Virus record (IMG/VR): IMGVR_UViG_3300006879_000538
Span: 1-4,408 of that record
DNA from: a virus
Taxonomy: Duplodnaviria; Heunggongvirae; Uroviricota; Caudoviricetes
Direction: 5' to 3' (one strand)
Length of the DNA stretch: 4,408 nt
Part shown: positions 1-4,408 of the stretch, in pieces
Position numbering within the stretch: the first letter of the stretch is position 1
Layout: every line of letters starts with the position of its first letter
Program-made: the position numbers and the translations under genes
Notes under the pieces: generated by a model
The model's input: the letters and a program-made list of their open reading frames with translations, nothing else
What the model was told of the DNA's origin: nothing
Databases searched by the model: none

Positions 1-1166
1 GTACAGGACGCAGATTCGTTGTATCTGATATCAATGTTTGATGACGACAAAGCCCCCGGGGATTTCCCAATCGTCAGTTCCTGAATATCGTAATAGCGTG
101 CATTCCCGCCACTCACCACGCCAAGATTCGCCGGTGAGTAAATGCGACTTAAAAGGACCGAATCACCAATCATCAGACTATTGATATAGTCGGAAATAGC
201 CTGCTGGATCTGCTGCCCTATCTGTGAGGTATAACCCGTAAAAACTTTTAATTTAATCCGGGCATAAACAGGTACATCACTGGAACGCGAGAATTTGATT
301 ACATGGGGATTGCCGTATTTATCCGGAACCGTAACGGATGTTGTACCGTGAGTGGCTGTCCCCTGGCCTTTATTCCCTCTGATAGCCTGAGCAATATCCG
401 TCACATCACCGCCATCCACAATTACAGCAACAGAGTGTGGCGGTAACCCATTACCGTCCTCCGAACCAGTATCGTTTTCATAGAGTTTGTGGCGGGTTAC
501 ACCGGTAACATTAGAAACAGCACCATCCAGTGCTTCAAATGGGGTTATTGATGGCAACGCAACACTTTGCGACTGGCGGATACGTAACTCAGCATCAGTT
601 TCTGCCGGAGAGCCAACAGTAGCCGCAGCAGGATTAGTTACCGAAACCCAGCCACGGGTTGGCGTATTAATTTCAGTGATAGTTCCAGCCAGCGCCGCCA
701 CTGCACCACTGACGGAACATGTTGCGGTCGCCATCACTGTACCATCCACGCCGACCACCACTGAAGCAGGCAAACGCCATATCACATTATTACTGTCTTT
801 CACGCTGCCATTAATGATGGTTGTTCCGGCAGTTCCTGTAAGAAGCAAATCAACCGTAGAGTTCGTCGCGCCTTTACGTGAAATACCATTTATTTTCACG
901 TTACTGGTCAGTGCAGCCCCATAGCCGGTTGCCGGTGAAAAACAGTTGTAGACAGTTATCGCCGTATTATTGGCATCATGAATCGCCAGCGCCATCAGAG
1001 CCACCATCTGGCCGTCTTTGCTGTCCGGTTCGAGGTAGGCATCACTGCCATAAATCTGCTGAAAATAGCTAATCAGGGTGCTGAGTATCGTCTGATAATC
1101 AGGCGCACTGATCCCCTCCGCGGTTACCTTTGCAGATAAACCGAGAGAATCAAGGTTCAGAGCCAT
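1..1166 (-). CDS. Baseplate J-like protein (Mu gp47 / P2 gpJ family), 3' end truncated by window edge
   Basis: ATG at 1166..1164 overlaps the stop of the upstream gene (TAATG); GGAGG lies 4-5 nt upstream. I hand-translated the frame from 1166 toward position 1 (about 388 codons, beginning MALNLDSLGLSAKVTAEGISAPDYQTILSTLISYFQQIYG) and found no stop. Family call is from position directly after V-like and GP46-like genes plus general sequence character, not from a search. Confidence 0.6.
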   Translation of the reverse strand, partial: MALNLDSLGLSAKVTAEGISAPDYQTILSTLISYFQQIYGSDAYLEPDSKDGQMVALMALAIHDANNTAITVYNCFSPATGYGAALTSNVKINGISRKGATNSTVDLLLTGTAGTTIINGSVKDSNNVIWRLPASVVVGVDGTVMATATCSVSGAVAALAGTITEINTPTRGWVSVTNPAAATVGSPAETDAELRIRQSQSVALPSITPFEALDGAVSNVTGVTRHKLYENDTGSEDGNGLPPHSVAVIVDGGDVTDIAQAIRGNKGQGTATHGTTSVTVPDKYGNPHVIKFSRSSDVPVYARIKLKVFTGYTSQIGQQIQQAISDYINSLMIGDSVLLSRIYSPANLGVVSGGNARYYDIQELTIGKSPGALSSSNIDIRYNESASC

Positions 1167-1519
1167 TACGCCTCCGATGTAACAGTCGTTATTCCATAAA
1201 GAGTGTCGATTTCAGCGGAAAACATGACACGTCGGGTCGTGGTATCCAGCGTCGTATTGAAAGAGAGGATTGATTTAACGCCCCGCGTTTCGAGGATGCG
1301 CTTACGGATCGCCAGGTTGTAGGTTTCCGGCTTCTGCTTACCGAGTACGGACTGGATCCACGGAGTCCCCTCGGTGGTGTCGAGAAACCATTGCCCATAC
1401 CACAATTCGAATCGCGTTTTTACCGCCTGCGCCACGGCCTCCGGTGAGTTAATCAGCCAGGTGTCATCACCGCTGCCAAAGGTGTAATCGCCATCGGCGT
1501 CTTCACGTCTGTATCGCAT
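1166..1519 (-). CDS. Phage GP46-family small baseplate protein (gp25/gpW-like wedge component), 117 aa
   Basis: ORF in the track (MRYRREDADGDYTFGSGDDTWLINSPEAV...). Its ATG overlaps the stop of the V-like gene (ATGA at 1517..1520) and its stop overlaps the J-like start. Size and position between V-like and J-like genes match the Mu gp45-gp46-gp47 arrangement. Confidence 0.65.
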   Translation of the reverse strand: MRYRREDADGDYTFGSGDDTWLINSPEAVAQAVKTRFELWYGQWFLDTTEGTPWIQSVLGKQKPETYNLAIRKRILETRGVKSILSFNTTLDTTTRRVMFSAEIDTLYGITTVTSEA

Positions 1520-2271
1520 CAGTTTACTCCGTCGGTATTGCTTCCACCGCGCTGAACACCACCATGAGTGTGCGTATCATCGATTGGCTTGCCGTTAGCC
1601 TTCACGCTACCCAAAAACTCAACAGCACCAGTAATTTTTGAAGCCACACCAGAAACAACAGACCCCACCATGCCCCCCATCCAGGTTAACAGGCCATGAA
1701 TGGTTACTTTCTCAGAAAAATCAGCCAGAGGGGCAACCACATCAAGGCCCCCCGGAGCAACAATTTTAATTTTCCCGGTATCAGGATTAAGCTCAAAATA
1801 GGTGCTGCCATCGTCACTACGCAACTGTGTGGCACTGGTATTAATACCGCTAATCTTCCTAGCCTGCGACTGGGGACCGACAATACAAAACGCATCCGAT
1901 AAATCATGCATTCTGTCATCAACAGGCTCCTGTATCCCGCCGTTCTGCCACCAGAAATCAATACAACGATCGGCAAAAACGACAAGACACTCATCCCCGG
2001 CTTTTACCGGAAAAGTCAACGTACAGCCTCCGCCGCGCGGAAATACCACCGGCACATCCACCAGTAGCGGGTAATTTTTGGTTACGCGGTTGCCGTCGTT
2101 GTCGGTTTCAACCGAACGAATAGCAGGCTGCACAACCGCCGTCACCGCGTCAGGATCGAATGACTGAACGATGCCAGGCAAAGCGACGCGGATCTGGTTC
2201 TTTGTGGTTTCCCGCTCGGATTTGAATGTTTCGGCAAGGTCGCCGCTGCGGGTCTGGTCAGATACTGCCAT
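1519..2271 (-). CDS. Baseplate assembly protein V-like / tail spike (Mu gp45-like), 250 aa
   Basis: ORF in the track. The segment PLLVDVPVVFPRGGGCTLTFPVKAGDECLVVFADRCIDFWWQNGG resembles the N-terminal OB-fold region of gpV-family spike proteins, and the C-terminal part is Gly-rich. GGAG lies about 7 nt upstream of the ATG at 2271. Synteny with the GP46-like and J-like genes supports the call. Confidence 0.7.
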   Translation of the reverse strand: MAVSDQTRSGDLAETFKSERETTKNQIRVALPGIVQSFDPDAVTAVVQPAIRSVETDNDGNRVTKNYPLLVDVPVVFPRGGGCTLTFPVKAGDECLVVFADRCIDFWWQNGGIQEPVDDRMHDLSDAFCIVGPQSQARKISGINTSATQLRSDDGSTYFELNPDTGKIKIVAPGGLDVVAPLADFSEKVTIHGLLTWMGGMVGSVVSGVASKITGAVEFLGSVKANGKPIDDTHTHGGVQRGGSNTDGVN

Positions 2272-2290
2272 TTGTTAGGCTCCAGAAAGC

Positions 2291-2314
2291 AAAAAACCCG
2301 CCGGATGGCGGGTT
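2291..2314 (-). terminator. Rho-independent terminator for minus-strand transcription, downstream of the HEPN gene
   Basis: Inverted repeat aacccgcc (2295-2302), loop ggat, ggcgggtt (2307-2314) on the plus strand. On the minus strand the GC-rich stem is followed directly by a T6 run (complement of a-run 2291-2296). It sits 18 nt after the HEPN stop (2332) and about 20 nt before the V-like start (2271). Confidence 0.6.
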
Positions 2315-2331
2315 CGTAAATAAACTTTTTG

Positions 2332-2712
2332 CTAGGCTACTTGGGATTTCATTTCTGCTATTTTGTCCAACATCTTGTTCACCACTGCAATAGATGAACT
2401 TGCTTCAGTTTGCAAAATAGTCTCTGTTAGATCGTAGTCCGCGCGCTTACGCTTCATTTTTTGCTGTTTGAGAACTGCCCCCAACTGGATAAGAGACATT
2501 AACTCATAAGGTTCATCCTTCCGCCTTGCATCCGAAATAAGATATTGAACAACTCCATCATGTGTTGTCGGCGGGCAACACGTCAAAAGGCCACATGTTT
2601 CATGGTAGAACGCATAGTATGCCCGTGAAATAGCACTTCTGAAACCAGACTCAATACCAGTGTCTAAACATGCACGGGATGCGTCAATGAACTCTTTTCC
2701 TTGGATACTCAT
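2332..2712 (-). CDS. HEPN-domain protein, putative RNase toxin/effector, 126 aa
   Basis: ORF in the track. Residues 29-58 (SRAYYAFYHETCGLLTCCPPTTHDGVVQYL) match the pattern I recall for classical HEPN proteins: an R-x6-H motif inside an RAYYA.FH helix followed by a conserved H.GV segment. The motif R30-H37 is encoded at 2602..2625 (RC = CGGGCATACTATGCGTTCTACCAT). Start ATG overlaps the stop of the upstream gene by 4 nt (ATGA). Confidence 0.7.
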   Translation of the reverse strand: MSIQGKEFIDASRACLDTGIESGFRSAISRAYYAFYHETCGLLTCCPPTTHDGVVQYLISDARRKDEPYELMSLIQLGAVLKQQKMKRKRADYDLTETILQTEASSSIAVVNKMLDKIAEMKSQVA

Positions 2713-3482
2713 ATCGTGAAGTGAATCTCCTGCCGATTACGCCCGCGGAACCAGGCCGTCACATTCTTTCCAGCGAAGATCTCATTCATTGCAATTTCAG
2801 TAGCAACGTCAATATCCATATCGGAAAGCATATCGGCATCCTCACATAAAACATCACAAACTATGCCAGCATCCCCATCCGGGCTTGTGACATAGTCATG
2901 AGAAATAGCTAAAACACCATAATTCTTAGCGACATTAGTAATTGTTCTGGAAAGAAGATTTATCTCATTCGTGCTTAAATCAGTCACACTTATGAATGTA
3001 TCTAATGCCCGTTTTTTTTCCATGATATCTGACTCCATGCTTTCTCGCTCGCTCTCACTTCCGATCATAGACAGAGCTTTTCGAGCAAAAAAGAGTGATA
3101 GTTCACCATCGCCGTCAGCATAGGCTGCATTCCTTGCTCGTATGCACAAAGCAAGGCTGGTAATTTCCCGAGCTAACCTCACAGCCTCTTCTCGGTACAA
3201 TTCATACTGTCCAGTATGACTGAGGTAAGAAAGATAATTTCTGGCTACTGTTTCGTCACGGTATGCAACTGCCTCCTGAAAAAAACCGACAGCTTCAACA
3301 TGTTGATGCGCAGCTCCATAAGCCAGAGCCAACACCATCAACTTAACTGGCTCATCAGGGATTTTGCCTGCTTCAGAGACAACTCGCTTTAGCGTAAAAG
3401 CATCCAGTTGCTGCCCTTCATCAATACGTGAAGTAAGCATCTCAAGCGTTTCATTCAGTTTGCTATACAGTGCAAGTGACAT
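2709..3482 (-). CDS. Hypothetical protein, 257 aa, operon partner of the HEPN gene (candidate antitoxin/sensor)
   Basis: ORF in the track. AAGGAGG lies 6 nt upstream of the ATG at 3482..3480. The N-terminal half (about residues 45-140) looks alpha-helical and possibly TPR-like (LALAYGAAHQHVEAVGFFQEAVAY...YLSYLSHTGQYELYREEAV). The C-terminal region is acidic (residues 202-229, DGDAGIVCDVLCEDADMLSDMDIDVATE). I see no Walker A motif and no clear GS...DxD nucleotidyltransferase signature. Confidence 0.65.
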   Translation of the reverse strand: MSLALYSKLNETLEMLTSRIDEGQQLDAFTLKRVVSEAGKIPDEPVKLMVLALAYGAAHQHVEAVGFFQEAVAYRDETVARNYLSYLSHTGQYELYREEAVRLAREITSLALCIRARNAAYADGDGELSLFFARKALSMIGSESERESMESDIMEKKRALDTFISVTDLSTNEINLLSRTITNVAKNYGVLAISHDYVTSPDGDAGIVCDVLCEDADMLSDMDIDVATEIAMNEIFAGKNVTAWFRGRNRQEIHFTI

Positions 3483-3533
3483 TAATCATCCTCCTTAACG
3501 GAGGAATTTATCATTGGAAGGCATCATCAACAA
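3483..3533 (-). promoter_or_regulatory. Putative sigma70-type promoter, palindromic element and SD for the two-gene operon
   Basis: Read on the minus strand: candidate -35 TTGTTG (3533..3528), 17-nt spacer, TG-extended -10 TAAATT (3510..3505), then the perfect palindrome TCCTCC-GTTAA-GGAGGA (3505..3489) whose downstream arm is the SD, then the ATG at 3482. Promoter hexamers are a modest match to consensus. Confidence 0.35.
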
Positions 3534-3680
3534 CCTGTTGTTTTATTCATTAATCCATATTCTAGACTAATGCTTTGCTCTTTTCTAAGGAGAGAAAGGA
3601 GAACTGGTTAAAATTTCTTACTCTCACCCAGCCACTTTTTTACAAGGGAAAGATTCGATGATTTTCGGCGCATCCATGAC

Positions 3681-4157
3681 TTAATAACCTTGAGATTTAG
3701 CAACGCGAATACCGGCCGCCATCCCATTGAAATCCCATGCGTTTTTATGGGCAATAGGATTACGTGTGTTGAAGGCATAGCGCTGGCCCATTTTCCATGC
3801 TGTATCGCTAACAGACTTATCTTGAGAGAGGTTTACCCACTCCTTTATGCCTTTGTAAACATAGGACTTACAATCATCCGTAGTTCCTTTCCGATTGGTG
3901 TAGGCATCCAGATCTTCGCATTCTTGAAAGGAGTTGCTGACTATATCCGCGAAATCATCAATGGTCATGGCGAATCTGCGACCATTCATAGCGAAAAAAG
4001 GAGTAGCAGAGGCGTAATGTTGCCACTGCGTAAACTTTTGCTGATCCATTAAATCAACAGCCATTTTTTCATACTTCCCAGGAGCGGATAATCCCGACAT
4101 CGGAACAAGTAAACTTATTGCAATAAAAATGGCTTTCTTATTCAATCTTATCCCCAC
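3681..4157 (-). CDS. Hypothetical secreted/periplasmic protein with N-terminal signal peptide (start codon uncertain: GTG 4157 or TTG 4145; track ATG 4226 less likely)
   Basis: The track ORF (3681..4226) contains an internal signal-peptide-like segment, LNKKAIFIAISLLVPMSGLSA-PGK, which only makes sense at an N-terminus. GTG at 4157..4155 lies 10 nt after AAGGAG (4173..4168); TTG at 4145..4143 is the alternative. The predicted mature protein has two Cys (QECEDL..., ...DDCKSY), compatible with a periplasmic disulfide. I recognise no family. Confidence 0.55.
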   Translation of the reverse strand: MGIRLNKKAIFIAISLLVPMSGLSAPGKYEKMAVDLMDQQKFTQWQHYASATPFFAMNGRRFAMTIDDFADIVSNSFQECEDLDAYTNRKGTTDDCKSYVYKGIKEWVNLSQDKSVSDTAWKMGQRYAFNTRNPIAHKNAWDFNGMAAGIRVAKSQGY

Positions 4158-4408
4158 CGATTCATTGCTCCTTGACTTTGAAGATCCGCCGCGCCACGCG
4201 CTTGGCACATCATATCCATGTACCACGCCTGGCCCCTTGTGTCACCAGTGTACATAATCCCGCGCACAATATAAACGCCATCCGTTGCGATGCTGGCAGG
4301 TTGTGCTGTGGTGCCGCTGAGCGTGATATTACCGTCCGTGTTCTGGTCGGTGATCTGACCACCAGCCATAGCGATATCGTTGTTCGACAACGCGGCGCGA
4401 TATACAGA
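4148..4408 (-). CDS. C-terminal fragment of an upstream phage tail/baseplate gene (possibly the baseplate hub, Mu gp44 / P2 gpD-like, by synteny), 5' end beyond window
   Basis: The minus-strand frame is open from the window edge (4408) to TAA at 4150..4148 (…SNNDIAMAGGQITDQNTDGNITLSGTTAQPASIATDGVYIVRGIMYTGDTRGQAWYMDMMCQARG…). The track's TTG start at 4390 is probably internal. Functional call rests only on position upstream of the V-like gene. Confidence 0.4.
   Translation of the reverse strand, partial: SVYRAALSNNDIAMAGGQITDQNTDGNITLSGTTAQPASIATDGVYIVRGIMYTGDTRGQAWYMDMMCQARGAADLQSQGAMNRWG

Noticed and set aside
487-1072. Plus-strand ORFs 487..924 (145 aa) and 878..1072 (64 aa)
   Set aside because: They lie entirely antisense to the long, uninterrupted minus-strand J-like frame. 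The translations are low-complexity (A/P/T/S/V-rich) and I see no RBS context. Typical shadow ORFs of a coding region on the other strand.
1189-1398. Minus-strand 69-aa ORF in an alternative frame inside the GP46-like gene
   Set aside because: It is nested wholly within the 117-aa gene, which has coupled start and stop codons with its neighbours. The translation is Ser/Arg-rich and looks like an out-of-frame artefact.
1696-2074. ORFs 1696..1902 (+), 1802..2074 (+) and 1704..1994 (-) overlapping the V-like gene
   Set aside because: All are nested inside or antisense to the 250-aa V-like ORF, which has far better coding character and synteny support. I see no independent start signals.
2709-3482. 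Calling the 257-aa protein a canonical MNT nucleotidyltransferase antitoxin
   Set aside because: It is far longer than typical MNT antitoxins, and I cannot find the GS-x(9-13)-DxD signature. Only a weak SDMDIDV resemblance is present, so it is kept as a hypothesis to test rather than an annotation.
3690-4052. Plus-strand 120-aa ORF starting at TTG, antisense to the secreted-protein gene
   Set aside because: It lies entirely within the minus-strand ORF, which has a signal peptide and a usable RBS. The plus-strand translation is Cys/Ile/Arg-rich with no recognisable features and no convincing SD.
4158-4226. ATG at 4226 as the start of the secreted-protein gene (full 181-aa track ORF)
   Set aside because: This start would put the signal peptide 28 residues in from the N-terminus, and AAGGGG is only 3 nt from the ATG. 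It would also overlap the upstream gene's 3' end by about 78 nt. GTG 4157 or TTG 4145 are more plausible, but this is not excluded without experimental data.
1-4408. CRISPR arrays, tRNA or rRNA genes, IS elements with terminal inverted repeats
   Set aside because: I found no regularly spaced direct repeats, no cloverleaf-compatible tRNA-like segment, and no transposase-like ORF or terminal inverted-repeat pair. The window is almost fully occupied by minus-strand protein-coding sequence.

Overview
All credible genes in this 4.4 kb window are on the minus strand. It appears to be a phage or prophage tail-baseplate module (spike V-like, GP46-like and baseplate J-like genes, translationally coupled), probably enterobacterial, interrupted upstream of the V-like gene by visibly AT-richer cargo. 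The cargo comprises (i) a gene for a signal-peptide-bearing protein of unknown function and (ii) a self-contained cassette: putative promoter, strong SD inside a perfect palindrome, a 257-aa protein with no motif I recognise, a 4-nt-overlapping 126-aa HEPN-domain protein carrying an intact R-x6-H motif (RAYYAFYH), and an intrinsic terminator. The HEPN cassette is the strongest candidate for an undescribed toxin-antitoxin or anti-phage module, because its partner does not look like the canonical small MNT antitoxin. All family assignments rest on reading the translations and on gene order; no database search or computation was possible, and GC differences are judged by eye.
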